A stretch of DNA of 64,000 bases, from NCBI GenBank assembly GCA_038885755.1, contig JAVZZH010000004.1, forward strand, positions 68,430-132,429, given 5' to 3'. Below the pieces are notes generated by a model, which worked only from the letters and a program-made list of their open reading frames with translations, was not told where the DNA came from and made no database searches. The stretch comes from Candidatus Caldarchaeum sp. (GTDB lineage: Archaea > Thermoproteota > Nitrososphaeria_A > Caldarchaeales > Caldarchaeaceae). The position numbers and the translations under genes are program-made. Shown piece after piece: positions 1 through 8,955 of this stretch; the first letter of the stretch is position 1, and each line of letters begins with the position of its first letter.

Positions 1-120
1 CACGAAGAAAACAACCTCATCCACCCATGGACCTGTCTGCTGAACCTGCGCCGACAAAGCCGGCAGCAGCAACGAAAGCATCAAAAAAACGGTTGCCGTA
101 TGGCTAACCAGCTTTTCCAT
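1..120 (-). CDS. N-terminal fragment of a secreted protein, possibly an ABC-type solute-binding protein (gene continues past window start)
   Basis: Minus-strand ATG at 118-120 reads MEKLVSHTATVFLMLSLLLPALSAQVQQTGPWVDEVVFFV. This is a signal peptide plus a VDEVVF-type motif common near the mature N-terminus of family-5 binding proteins. The frame is open to position 1. It is too short for the ORF track. Confidence 0.35.
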   Translation of the reverse strand, partial: MEKLVSHTATVFLMLSLLLPALSAQVQQTGPWVDEVVFFV

Positions 121-140
121 GCCTTTATTAAGACACATAG

Positions 141-150
141 CTTTATAAAT
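141..150 (-). promoter_or_regulatory. TATA-like box for the leaderless partial gene at 1..120
   Basis: atttataaag on the minus strand, centred about 25 nt upstream of the ATG at 120. Confidence 0.35.
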
Positions 151-180
151 CTATCCCGAAAAAATCATGGCAAAACAACA

Positions 181-190
181 CTAAATAAAG
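181..190 (+). promoter_or_regulatory. TATA-like box for tRNA-Asp
   Basis: ctaaataaag, centred about 25 nt upstream of the tRNA 5' end at 211. Confidence 0.4.
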
Positions 191-210
191 CAACTACGAA
201 AAATCATACA

Positions 211-287
211 GCCCAGGTGGTATAGCCAGGTTAGCATCGCCGGCTGTCGCCCGGCGGACCCGGGTTCAAATCCCGGCCTGGGCGCCA
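211..287 (+). tRNA. tRNA-Asp (anticodon GUC), CCA encoded
   Basis: Hand-folded cloverleaf. Acceptor GCCCAGG/CCTGGGC. Anticodon stem GCCGG/CCGGC with loop CT-GTC-GC. T arm CCGGG-TTCAAAT-CCCGG. Discriminator G followed by CCA. Confidence 0.9.
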
Positions 288-847
288 CTAATTCTCAGCT
301 TGATCAAGCCCTTCGTCAGGGAGTGGTCTAGAATCTTTACGCCGTATTCTTCCAGGATTCCCTTCACGGCTTCGAAGACGCATTGCGTCGACTCGACTCT
401 TCCTCCCACCCCTATGACCGCTACCTCGTAGATGCCCTTTGACGTGTATTTGACGTCGAGCTTCTTGAGCGGGAAGAACCTGCTGACGATGCCCGCGAGC
501 TGCAGGAGGTCCTCTACGGTCTCTGCGTAGACTTTGAGGTATTTCCCCAAGTCTTGGCCGAGCTGTTTGAATTTTTTGAGAAGGCTTTCACGGTCTCTCG
601 AGTAGAGGTCGGCGATGAGGCTGTCCATGAAGTCGGATGGAAGCACTACGGCGTCTATGTCTCTGAGAACCCAGTAGGATTTTATCAAATTTTTGACATC
701 CTGTATGTCGAGGTTTTCCCTGAGAAGGTCTATCGACATTTTGAGCAGCTGGTTGGTAAGCGAGTAGAGCGTCATGCGCTTCTCCTCGGCTACTCGGGAA
801 AGGGCTTCAGCGATTTCAGCGTCGACCGCCAGAGAAGCTCTAACCAT
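266..847 (-). CDS. hypothetical protein (possible ribbon-helix-helix-like N-terminus)
   Basis: 193-aa ORF with normal composition. The N-terminus SLAVDAEIAEALSRVAEEKRMTLYSLTNQLL resembles RHH/CopG-type segments. The last 7 codons overlap the tRNA-Asp 3' end on the opposite strand. Confidence 0.55.
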   Translation of the reverse strand: MVRASLAVDAEIAEALSRVAEEKRMTLYSLTNQLLKMSIDLLRENLDIQDVKNLIKSYWVLRDIDAVVLPSDFMDSLIADLYSRDRESLLKKFKQLGQDLGKYLKVYAETVEDLLQLAGIVSRFFPLKKLDVKYTSKGIYEVAVIGVGGRVESTQCVFEAVKGILEEYGVKILDHSLTKGLIKLRISGAQAGI

Positions 848-884
848 GACTACGGTCTTTCACCAAGTTTATTAAACCTAGCTT

Positions 885-2129
885 TCACAACCTAAACCCT
901 CTCATCGACTTCTCAAAGGTGATCTCCTCGAACCGCAGGCCTAGCTGCTTGCCATATCTGTAGGACTCGAGTATCTCCTCCTTCGTCGGATAACGAGACA
1001 TCTCAACGTATCTTTTGTCGAACCGTGGGTCTGATGGGTTGCAGTAGCAGTCGGGATGGTACTGGTCCATGATGTTCACAGGGGTTAGGGGCATGTTTTC
1101 AGCGATCCACTTCAGAACGGGTTTGGTGCAGCAGTTGACGTGCCCAGGCATGATCAAATGTCTTATGACCACGTCCTCGCCCCAGCTGTACAGAAGCTTG
1201 TGGTTCTCGGCGACGGTCTCGAAATACCACGGCGTCCGGGAAAGCCATACGGCGCAGCGGTCGTTCCCAAACTTGAAGTCGGGAAGCCATATGTCCACCA
1301 GCTCGTGAAGTATGTCCATGGTTTCTCGGCTCATATACATGTTGGAGTTCCAGAGAATTGGGGTGTTGAACTCGCCCTCGTATGAGGCGTTGCGGACGTC
1401 CATGGTGTATGGATAGTATATGTCAGCCTTCGCCTCTAACGCCTTTTCCTCCACGTGGTTGAAGAACCTAAGCAGCCCTATCGCTTCGACGATAGTGTGG
1501 AGGTGGATGGTCGGCTCGCCCCCAACCAAGTTGATGTTATGACAGCCCTCCATACGCAGCTGCCACATGGCCCAGGCGAGCATGTGGGGCGTGAAGACTA
1601 TTCCATTATCTTTGTCGTGAGAGATGTCAGCGTTCTGGCAGAAGACACATCTCTGGTTGCATGATGTGAAGAAGATTGTCCCCGACCCCTTCGTGCCACG
1701 TATCGGGAGTTCTTCTCCACGGTGGTGGAAGTAGCTGGAGACGCGGGATGTCTCGCCCAGCTGGCATGTCCCAAGCTTCTTGGACGCTGTTCTGTCGACT
1801 CTACAGTTCCATCGGCAGAAGTTGCAGTGGCGGAGCATCTTCTTGACGAGAGCCACCTTGAGGTCCATGAAGCTAGGCCTCTCCGTTATAAGTTCTTTCA
1901 GACCGAGGCTTCCATCCCTCACAGCCCTGAAGACCTTGCTGAATTCGTCGGCTTTCTTCCTGTGAAGGCTCCACATCTCCTCCTCGCTCAGGCTGCTCAA
2001 ATCCTCTCCGACGGGTATCCGTCTACAGATAAGGTACTTGGCAGGCTTGAGGTTGTTCGCTACCGCATAGTACCAGTCGAGCCTTCCCTTTATCTCCGGC
2101 GAACGCCACGTCTCCAAGCTAGCGAACAA
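885..2129 (-). CDS. radical SAM protein, PflX-like (pyruvate formate-lyase activase-related family)
   Basis: CNQRCVFC (CxxxCxxC) radical SAM cluster motif plus an upstream CNFCRWNC cysteine cluster. 414 aa. Confidence 0.75.
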   Translation of the reverse strand: MFASLETWRSPEIKGRLDWYYAVANNLKPAKYLICRRIPVGEDLSSLSEEEMWSLHRKKADEFSKVFRAVRDGSLGLKELITERPSFMDLKVALVKKMLRHCNFCRWNCRVDRTASKKLGTCQLGETSRVSSYFHHRGEELPIRGTKGSGTIFFTSCNQRCVFCQNADISHDKDNGIVFTPHMLAWAMWQLRMEGCHNINLVGGEPTIHLHTIVEAIGLLRFFNHVEEKALEAKADIYYPYTMDVRNASYEGEFNTPILWNSNMYMSRETMDILHELVDIWLPDFKFGNDRCAVWLSRTPWYFETVAENHKLLYSWGEDVVIRHLIMPGHVNCCTKPVLKWIAENMPLTPVNIMDQYHPDCYCNPSDPRFDKRYVEMSRYPTKEEILESYRYGKQLGLRFEEITFEKSMRGFRL

Positions 2130-2212
2130 GACTTGCCCTACGACATTAAGAGCGGTGCTTACGTAAAAGCCTTGCTTTAGGCTTTTATGAAGGGTTGTTG
2201 AGTTAGACGTCT

Positions 2213-3232
2213 GTGTACAGGGTCAGCGTCATCCATGGGGATGGGATCGGGCCCCATGTCGTCGGGAAGGCCGTCGAGCTCGTAGGCTGGCTGGGTGATG
2301 TTTACGGGTTCAGCGTCGAGTTCGTCGAAGCGCCCGCGGGGGACAAGGTGTTTGAGGAGTATGGTGAGGCTTTACCTAGGAGCTCCTACGAGAAAATCAG
2401 GTCCAGCGATGCATGCCTCAAAGGCCCGGTGGGAGAGACCGCCCGGGACGTTATCGTCTACCTTCGGCAGAAGCTAGACCTCTACGCCAACTTGAGGCCC
2501 TTCAAGAACATTCCGGGAGTTCCTAGTAAGTGGTCTGGCGTGGACCTTCTTATCGTGAGGGAAAACACTGAAGACGTTTACAAGTCTGTCGAGGACTTGG
2601 GTGCTGATTACGCCGTCGCCCTGCTTGTTATAACCCGTAGGGCTGCGGAGAGGATAGCACGCCTTGCGGTGGAGATGGCGTTGTCTAGGCGGCGGAAGTT
2701 GACGGTTGTCCACAAAGCCAACGTGGTGAGAGCTTACCAGTTCTTCAGGAACGTCTGCATGGAGGTCGCGTCGAAAAACGAAGGCCTGCAAGTAAACGAG
2801 ATGTACGTCGACAACGCGGCCTACCAGCTGATCGTAAACCCACAGTCTTTCGACGTCCTTCTAACGCCGAACATGTTTGGAGACATTCTGAGCGACGAAG
2901 CCGCTGGAGTAGTCGGCACGATAGGCATAGCTGGGTCGGCAAACATCGGCGACTCTTTTGGGCTGTTCGAGCCTGTTCACGGCTCAGCGCCGGGGCTTGA
3001 CCCTGAGTACGCAAACCCCACGGCACAGCTTCTGGCGGCGAAGATGATGCTCGAGTGGCTGGGTAAGAAGAACGGCGACAGAAGAGTTGCGGAAGCAGCT
3101 CACGCGTTGGAAAAAGGTCTTGAAGAGACACTCGCCGACGGAGTTTTGTTGACGCCCGACCTAGGCGGTAGAGCAAAGTGCGGTGAGTTTGTCGACGCCG
3201 TGAGGAAGAAGATATCGAGTCGTATGAAGTGA
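2213..3232 (+). CDS. isopropylmalate/homoisocitrate/isocitrate dehydrogenase family protein
   Basis: 339 aa. N-terminal VSVIHGDGIGPHVV and internal VRENTEDVY and NMFGDILSDEAA motifs are typical of beta-decarboxylating dehydrogenases. Substrate cannot be assigned by eye. GTG start with a TATA-like ttttatga about 27 nt upstream. Confidence 0.8.
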   Translation: MYRVSVIHGDGIGPHVVGKAVELVGWLGDVYGFSVEFVEAPAGDKVFEEYGEALPRSSYEKIRSSDACLKGPVGETARDVIVYLRQKLDLYANLRPFKNIPGVPSKWSGVDLLIVRENTEDVYKSVEDLGADYAVALLVITRRAAERIARLAVEMALSRRRKLTVVHKANVVRAYQFFRNVCMEVASKNEGLQVNEMYVDNAAYQLIVNPQSFDVLLTPNMFGDILSDEAAGVVGTIGIAGSANIGDSFGLFEPVHGSAPGLDPEYANPTAQLLAAKMMLEWLGKKNGDRRVAEAAHALEKGLEETLADGVLLTPDLGGRAKCGEFVDAVRKKISSRMK

Positions 3233-4215
3233 TGAGGGTGCTTTCGGGGGTTTTTAAAGCTCCGTCAAGCTCCGCCAACGTAGGCCCCGGCTACGATGTT
3301 TTCTCCATAGCTCTTGAAAAACCATGCCTCGTCGTGGAGTTGAGGGTTGACGAGGGGGAAGAGGTTGTCGTGAAGGCAAAAGGCAAATATGCCTCGGAGA
3401 TTTCAACCAATCCCGAAACCAACTCAGGCGCCAGGGCTGCGGCAGCGCTTTTGGCTAGCAGGAAGTTGAGGAGAAGAGTCGAGATAACCTACCATGCTGA
3501 AATTCCTCCGAGGAAGGGTTTGGGCTCGAGCGGGGCTGAGGCGGCGGCTACCGTCTACGGGTTGAACAAGCTGCTGAAGCTAGGGATGACGGCCAGCCAG
3601 CTCGTCGAAGCAGGGGCTTCGGCTGAGCCGGGAATGCATCCCGACAACGTCGCAGCCTCAACGATGGGAGGGTTCGTGGCCTGTCTCCGAGACGATGACG
3701 GCTTCACCGTCTTCCGGGTCGACCCTCCACCAGACCTAGCCATGATGGTGCTGGTTCCTGACGTGGAAAAAACATCAACCGCCGACGCCAGAAAAGCCGT
3801 CCCCGAGTCTGTAAAAACCATGACGCATGTCCAGCTGACCGCCCGGGCTGCAGTAGCAGCACTAGCTCTGTGCAAATCCGACCTAGACACTTTCTTCAAA
3901 GCCATCTGCCTAGACCCGTTCGTCGAATACTCCAGAGCTGACGCAGGGGTTTACGGCAAGGGTGTCGACGGGCGGAAGCTTATGGAGGAGAAGCGACGGC
4001 TGTTGAGGAAGTATAACGTTGCGGAGACCATTAGCGGAGCAGGGCCATCTAGGGTTCTGTTCTACAAGTTGTCGGAGAACAACCAGCCCCTCGGTCAAAG
4101 ACCTGTCGACGGAGCCGTGGCGGAGATCGTCGAAACGCTTGAGAGGAACGGCTACAAACTGCTGGAATCCTTCGACACAAGGCCAAACACTTCTGGATGC
4201 ATACAAACACTCTAA
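3229..4215 (+). CDS. thrB: homoserine kinase (GHMP kinase family)
   Basis: APSSSANVGPGYDVF N-terminus and the GHMP ATP-binding motif PRKGLGSSGAEAAA. The start overlaps the upstream stop (GTGATG). Confidence 0.8.
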   Translation: MMRVLSGVFKAPSSSANVGPGYDVFSIALEKPCLVVELRVDEGEEVVVKAKGKYASEISTNPETNSGARAAAALLASRKLRRRVEITYHAEIPPRKGLGSSGAEAAATVYGLNKLLKLGMTASQLVEAGASAEPGMHPDNVAASTMGGFVACLRDDDGFTVFRVDPPPDLAMMVLVPDVEKTSTADARKAVPESVKTMTHVQLTARAAVAALALCKSDLDTFFKAICLDPFVEYSRADAGVYGKGVDGRKLMEEKRRLLRKYNVAETISGAGPSRVLFYKLSENNQPLGQRPVDGAVAEIVETLERNGYKLLESFDTRPNTSGCIQTL

Positions 4216-4237
4216 ATAACACTGTTCAAGACTAAGC

Positions 4238-5128
4238 ATGATGGATGCTGATTACAGGCGTTTCGTCGACAACGAATACAAGGATTACAGGGTTTACAGC
4301 ACGCTGGCAAGCGTCGAGAAAAACGGACAGCGGAAAGAAACCCTGCAGAAGCTGGCCGACGTCGAGAAGAGACATTTCAGCTTCTGGCTCCAGCACACCC
4401 CCGCCTACAAGCCTTCAACCTCTAGAGTGTTTCTCAACTTCGTGGTTCTGTGCAGGCTTTTGCTAGGCGTCACGTTTGTCGTAAAAGCCCTAGAGGGGCA
4501 TGAGAAAAAGACTCTCGAGGAGTACAGGCTGATGGTTTCGAGGCTTGAAAATAACAGCGTTGAGAAACAGGCTATCGAGAAGATCATCAACGAGGAGGTG
4601 GAGGTTGAGAGGGAGCTCGTAGGCCACATAGACGAGGCTGTGGCGAAGTATCTCGGGTTCATGATGCTCGGAGTGGCTGATGCGATAATCGAGCTGACGG
4701 GCGTGCAGACAGGGTTTCTGGGCGTCTCCAGCTCCACGGTTGTCGCAGGAATCGCGGGGCTCATAGTTGGATGCGCCGCCGCCGTTTCCATGGGAGCAGC
4801 CTCCTATCTCCAGGCAAGGCAGGGTGTCTCCGAAAACCCTGTGATTTCAGGAATCGTGACAGGCGGGATCTACATGATGACTGTGGTCGCACTAGTGTTC
4901 CCCTACTTCATACTCAGAGACATGCTCTACGCATTCATGCTGTCAATCGTATCGGCCACAATCCTAACAGCCTTCTTCACCTACTTCTCGACTATCCTTC
5001 AGGAAAAGAGTTTCTCGACGGAGTTTTTGATAAACATCTCAATCCTAGCAGCTGTGGCGGCTGGAACATATCTTCTCGGCAGAGCCTTGGGGGAGCTGTT
5101 TGGAGTCGACGTCCTTCCAGTGGCTTAG
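4238..5128 (+). CDS. VIT1/CCC1-family iron/manganese transporter with N-terminal ferritin-like domain
   Basis: The N-terminal EYKDYRVYSTLASVEK...EKRHFSFW segment is rubrerythrin/ferritin-like. The C-terminal half contains several hydrophobic helices in a VIT1-like layout. Confidence 0.65.
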   Translation: MMDADYRRFVDNEYKDYRVYSTLASVEKNGQRKETLQKLADVEKRHFSFWLQHTPAYKPSTSRVFLNFVVLCRLLLGVTFVVKALEGHEKKTLEEYRLMVSRLENNSVEKQAIEKIINEEVEVERELVGHIDEAVAKYLGFMMLGVADAIIELTGVQTGFLGVSSSTVVAGIAGLIVGCAAAVSMGAASYLQARQGVSENPVISGIVTGGIYMMTVVALVFPYFILRDMLYAFMLSIVSATILTAFFTYFSTILQEKSFSTEFLINISILAAVAAGTYLLGRALGELFGVDVLPVA

Positions 5129-6258
5129 GCTTCTTCAAGAAGTTCGAGTATCTTGGGGAAGACGTTGACGTTTGTGATGACTACGTCTGCGCCGTTTTCT
5201 AGGAAAAAGTCGGCGGTGTCGTGAGACTGCCCGTAGACGCCTGCGAAGAGGATGTTGGCAGATCTCTCTCTCGCTTTCCTAAACATCACATAGTCTTCGA
5301 CGCTGTTGCCGACGTAGACGACTTCTCCATCCACGCCGAGACTCTGTAGAGCCTGAAGAAGCGACCAAGGGCTGGGCTTTTCGTAGAGCTGTCTACCAGA
5401 GGGGTCTGCGGCTACATGGTCTCCGATGAACACGCAGGCTTTCTTGTCGAAGAAATCCGCCAAATCGCCGAGAGTTCTCCAAGTCTCCCACGAACCCCGG
5501 CCTGTGCTCATTCCGAGGACTATTCCACGTCTGCGCAGTCTCTCTAGGGTCGACCGCTCGACGAGAAGCTTCTCGTTCTTGAGCTTTCCCTCAAACGAGA
5601 AGAAAGGCCCAGACCCTCGAACCGTGTTGACGTTCTCCGACCCGAAGAAAACTTCGTCGAAAACGGTTGTCAAAAGGCTTTTTCCATATCTCTCTGGATA
5701 GTTGAGGACTTTCTTCAAGGCCTCGACTGCTGGAGACTTAATTCCCAAGGCCGACTCAACCTCGGACAGAGATGCTGCTGTGCCCTCTAGGGCTGAAATT
5801 TTTTCACCCAACTCGAGCATCAAAGCCGAGACTTCCGCGCTCGAGCCTGTATGCTTGTATGTTTTCATGGCCTCAGCCAGCTCTACCAAACTAAGATTTC
5901 TCAGGCTCTCCAGTCTCTCGGCTAGACTGTAGCCCGATTTTTCATCCATCTTCTTCACAGCCCATTCAACTATCAAGGCCAAGGTGTCGCAGTCGTTGTT
6001 GAAGCTTCCAACGGCTCTCACCCTGTATATCGTCTCCGAAGGTATGTCAGAGCTGTTGAACGACATCCCGGTCAGGAAGCCGAGAAGGGCCGCAGCCGCA
6101 TCCTTGACGGCTTCGTCGTAGGAGGACTTCTCGTCTATCAGGACTCCGTCGCAGTCAAACACAGCGCCGGTTATAGACGGAAGCCTCTCCATGGAGCCGT
6201 ATCTCACGTAGGAGACGCCGCCCGACCTTAGCTCGAGATACTCCCTAGCATCCTTCAT
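5125..6258 (-). CDS. HAD-superfamily hydrolase with large cap insertion
   Basis: Motif I is FDCDGVLID. The C-terminal GNSVEDY aspartate motif is present. 377 aa. Confidence 0.6.
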   Translation of the reverse strand: MKDAREYLELRSGGVSYVRYGSMERLPSITGAVFDCDGVLIDEKSSYDEAVKDAAAALLGFLTGMSFNSSDIPSETIYRVRAVGSFNNDCDTLALIVEWAVKKMDEKSGYSLAERLESLRNLSLVELAEAMKTYKHTGSSAEVSALMLELGEKISALEGTAASLSEVESALGIKSPAVEALKKVLNYPERYGKSLLTTVFDEVFFGSENVNTVRGSGPFFSFEGKLKNEKLLVERSTLERLRRRGIVLGMSTGRGSWETWRTLGDLADFFDKKACVFIGDHVAADPSGRQLYEKPSPWSLLQALQSLGVDGEVVYVGNSVEDYVMFRKARERSANILFAGVYGQSHDTADFFLENGADVVITNVNVFPKILELLEEA

Positions 6259-6341
6259 ACCGGGTCTATGGTTTGGAATGTTTGGTTTTAAGGCTGACCT
6301 GCTTCAAAGCTTTTATACCGAGTTGGAGGCTGGCTGCAGAG

Positions 6342-6704
6342 ATGATGCCTAGGCACGTAAAGTGGGATGAAGTGGCTTGGGAGAAAGTCAGGAGCGATGT
6401 TTGGAGGCGCGTGGTTTTTGGAGAGAAGATGACTGTTGCACAGATGCGTCTTCTGAAGGGCGCTGGGGTAGTCATGCATAGGCATCACAACGAGCAGGTG
6501 TCCTACGTTTTGGATGGCAGGGTTAAGTTTGTTTTCGAAGGCGGTTTTGAGAGAGTTGTCGAGGCCGGCGGCGTTATGGTCATACCCTCCAACGTGGAGC
6601 ATGCCGCAGAAGCCCTTGAAGACAGCCTCGTCGTCGACGTGTTCGCACCACCTCGAGACGACTGGCTCAGGGGTGAAGACGCCTACCTCAAGAAGTCGGC
6701 TTGA
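6342..6704 (+). CDS. cupin-domain protein
   Basis: The cupin motifs GVVMHRHHNEQVSYVLDG and VIPSNVEHAAEA are present. The start is moved to the ATG doublet at 6342, because the longer ORF from 6273 adds a non-protein-like leader. Confidence 0.7.
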   Translation: MMPRHVKWDEVAWEKVRSDVWRRVVFGEKMTVAQMRLLKGAGVVMHRHHNEQVSYVLDGRVKFVFEGGFERVVEAGGVMVIPSNVEHAAEALEDSLVVDVFAPPRDDWLRGEDAYLKKSA

Positions 6705-7035
6705 GAATCCATTCGCTCATAAGCCTCCAGTGCCACTCGTCAGACTCTTCTATCAGCTCGAACTCCTCTGTAAGCATGGCTAGCTTAACCGCTACCACGT
6801 GGTAGCACATGGGTTTTTCGTGGCTCATCACACGGAAGAAAAAGTCTTCGCAGGAGCAGTAGCCAACAGCTGGCAGGACCAGATAGTCTCTTGTTTTCCC
6901 GACAACAACCCAGCGGAGCCGGTTGCTCGGCTTGAACAGATACTTCTTGACTTTTTTCGCCTTGACGCATTCATACGCTTCTTCGAACAGCCTAGGATAC
7001 TCTGCCTGTATCCTCGTAAGCTCTTCACTCATCAC
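6688..7035 (-). CDS. SWIM zinc-finger protein
   Basis: CSC-x14-CYH matches the SWIM CxCxnCxH signature. 115 aa. The start overlaps the stop of the upstream phosphoesterase gene. Confidence 0.6.
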   Translation of the reverse strand: MMSEELTRIQAEYPRLFEEAYECVKAKKVKKYLFKPSNRLRWVVVGKTRDYLVLPAVGYCSCEDFFFRVMSHEKPMCYHVVAVKLAMLTEEFELIEESDEWHWRLMSEWILKPTS

Positions 7036-7826
7036 AGCACCTTCCTCAGCTCTCCAAGCCTTCCGAGCACCTTGCCGTCTAAGGTTATGACCTCAGCCAT
7101 GTCCACGTCGAACACCCCTGAGTGGAGCAGCGGCCCCCTGACGAGACGAGAAGGACCCAAGTCGTTCACGGACCTGCCTTGAAGGAAGGGGTTGAAGCTA
7201 GGCATTATCAGCAGCGACAACTCCCCCCTGACATCCCGATCATGTATACCGTACAACGCCCTGAGTAAAGACTTCCTAGAGGCTCTCAGCCTAAGCCATA
7301 CCCTCAGCCTAGCACCTCCGTCCCCAGACCCCACTCTAAGAACTGGATGTAGGTGGCCGGCGATGACTAGTCTGGCTTTGACTAATTTCTCGTCAGGCTT
7401 GACGTGCCCGTGAGTGATGGCGAGCCTCTCCTCCGGTATGTATATGCCACGGGTGGGAAGTATTTCAGCCAGCCCCTTCAAGACCTGCACTAGACGGCCG
7501 TCGTGGTTGCCTGGAATTATCATAACCCGCTCCACATGCTTGTTCAGCTCCGCGAGAAACATCGGCAGAATTCTGGACTCCAGCTCAGAGGGCCCTAGAA
7601 TGTTGTGCTTCAGGTCGCCGGCCACTATGACTTGGTCGGCCTTGGTCTTCTCAACGATTTCTTTCAACTCGTCCAGCAGCCTGCCGCTGTGAGACGGAAT
7701 CCTCACACCCTTCAGCCGTAGATCCATCTCGAACCCGAGATGGAGGTCAGCCACGACGATTGCTCTTTTAGGTTTCTCCACCAGAAGAGCGGGATGGCCT
7801 TCAACAATCATCAACTCTATCCTCAC
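7032..7826 (-). CDS. metallophosphoesterase, short archaeal SbcD/Mre11-related type (MJ0037/PF1019-like)
   Basis: Calcineurin-fold motifs occur in order: VVADLHLG, AGDLKH, IPGNHD, ITHGH, AGHLHP. 264 aa. The GTG start is 1 nt after the top6A stop. Confidence 0.75.
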   Translation of the reverse strand: MRIELMIVEGHPALLVEKPKRAIVVADLHLGFEMDLRLKGVRIPSHSGRLLDELKEIVEKTKADQVIVAGDLKHNILGPSELESRILPMFLAELNKHVERVMIIPGNHDGRLVQVLKGLAEILPTRGIYIPEERLAITHGHVKPDEKLVKARLVIAGHLHPVLRVGSGDGGARLRVWLRLRASRKSLLRALYGIHDRDVRGELSLLIMPSFNPFLQGRSVNDLGPSRLVRGPLLHSGVFDVDMAEVITLDGKVLGRLGELRKVL

Positions 7827-7827
7827 G

Positions 7828-8922
7828 CTACTTCTTAGAGACCTCGGCGAGCTTCTCAGGAAGATAGTCGGTAACTATGTACTCGAGCCCGTACCGGCTC
7901 AGCGACTCCAGCTCGGCCTTCCGCTGCATCTTCCTGAACATGCTTATTTCACGCTTCCACGGGTCTTGGACATAGCGTGGGTCTTTCTCAAGCTCCGACA
8001 CCCTCCGGATGTCTTCGTCGTTGAACTTCATTGAGGGAAGCTTGTACTTTGTTATGTCGCTAGCCCATAACCCCGCCCATACTCCGTCAGGGACGTTAAG
8101 CTCTCTCACATGTGCGGATAGGGCTGAGCCGAAGACGATGACGCTTGCGATGTGCATGCCCCAAGGGTCTGCGTCGCTGAAGATGTAAACAGGCAGGTTT
8201 AGCTCTTGGTTGAGGCGTCTGATGAACTTCCTCGTGGCCCTCGGAGCCTGACCCGCCGTGTGAACCACGATGGCTTTATACTTTTGCGGGACGTTTTCCT
8301 CGAGGAACCGCTGGTATATGGCGCCTTTCTCGACGACGAAAACTTGCTCAGCCTGGCACCTCACTATCCTGGCTGTTGTCATGGCGGGCCCGATCATAGC
8401 GCCGTCGGGAATGGTCCTCAAATCGAGAGTCCGCCCCTCGTATCCTGGAACCGTGTACTCAATCACCAGAGGTCCGAATATGCTTGACCTCTCCTCCGGG
8501 TAGATGTTGAAGTCCTCTCTCACGGCCCCGACTAGCGTTTCCAGCTCCGTGACGGCTTCGTCGCTCTCCTGCTGGTCTTCGAAGTCGACGTCGTAGCCGA
8601 GTGCGTTGTAGAAAGCATCCCTCAGCGTGCTCGTCTTCTTCGACACGATGAGCTGGGAGGCGAACATTATCATCCAGCACAGCTGGGCGAGAGGCCTTAG
8701 ATGCTTGATGTTCCTAGCGGTTCGGACAGACTTCCGCGGCCCTAGGACGTACTGCCTCAGGGTTGGGCTGTACTCTATGTTGGACGTGGAGCGGGCTGGG
8801 ATCTCAAAGCTGGGAAACTCTCCAGCTTCAACGGTCTTGACCACAGACCTGGCCAGCGACCTGATACGCTCCAGAACCCCGGCCTGAGCCTCTTGCGGCG
8901 CCCTCTTTGGTTTCTGTTTCAC
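7828..8922 (-). CDS. top6A: DNA topoisomerase VI subunit A (Spo11 homologue)
   Basis: 364 aa. The Toprim region YIFSDADPWGMHIA and overall Top6A/Spo11-like sequence are present. GTG start. Confidence 0.9.
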   Translation of the reverse strand: MKQKPKRAPQEAQAGVLERIRSLARSVVKTVEAGEFPSFEIPARSTSNIEYSPTLRQYVLGPRKSVRTARNIKHLRPLAQLCWMIMFASQLIVSKKTSTLRDAFYNALGYDVDFEDQQESDEAVTELETLVGAVREDFNIYPEERSSIFGPLVIEYTVPGYEGRTLDLRTIPDGAMIGPAMTTARIVRCQAEQVFVVEKGAIYQRFLEENVPQKYKAIVVHTAGQAPRATRKFIRRLNQELNLPVYIFSDADPWGMHIASVIVFGSALSAHVRELNVPDGVWAGLWASDITKYKLPSMKFNDEDIRRVSELEKDPRYVQDPWKREISMFRKMQRKAELESLSRYGLEYIVTDYLPEKLAEVSKK

Positions 8923-8944
8923 CGTCTTGATTCTGTATGGGAAG

Positions 8945-8954
8945 CTCTTATAGA
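8945..8954 (-). promoter_or_regulatory. TATA-like box for the top6A operon
   Basis: tctataagag on the minus strand, centred about 28 nt upstream of the top6A GTG at 8922. This implies a leaderless mRNA. Confidence 0.4.
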
Positions 8955-8955
8955 T

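Noticed and set aside
211-287. A tRNA-associated integrated element (also considered at 39789..39892 and 45903..45978).
   Set aside because: There is no integrase, no duplicated tRNA 3' half, no compositional shift, and the flanking genes are housekeeping.
2213-4215. The LeuB-family/ThrB overlap as an unusual pathway fusion.
   Set aside because: Four-base overlaps between unrelated biosynthetic genes are the rule in this window. There is no evidence of functional novelty.
6273-6341. The longer start of the cupin ORF.
   Set aside because: The 23 extra residues (MECLVLRLTCFKAF...) are not cupin-like. An ATG doublet at 6342 gives a typical cupin N-terminus.
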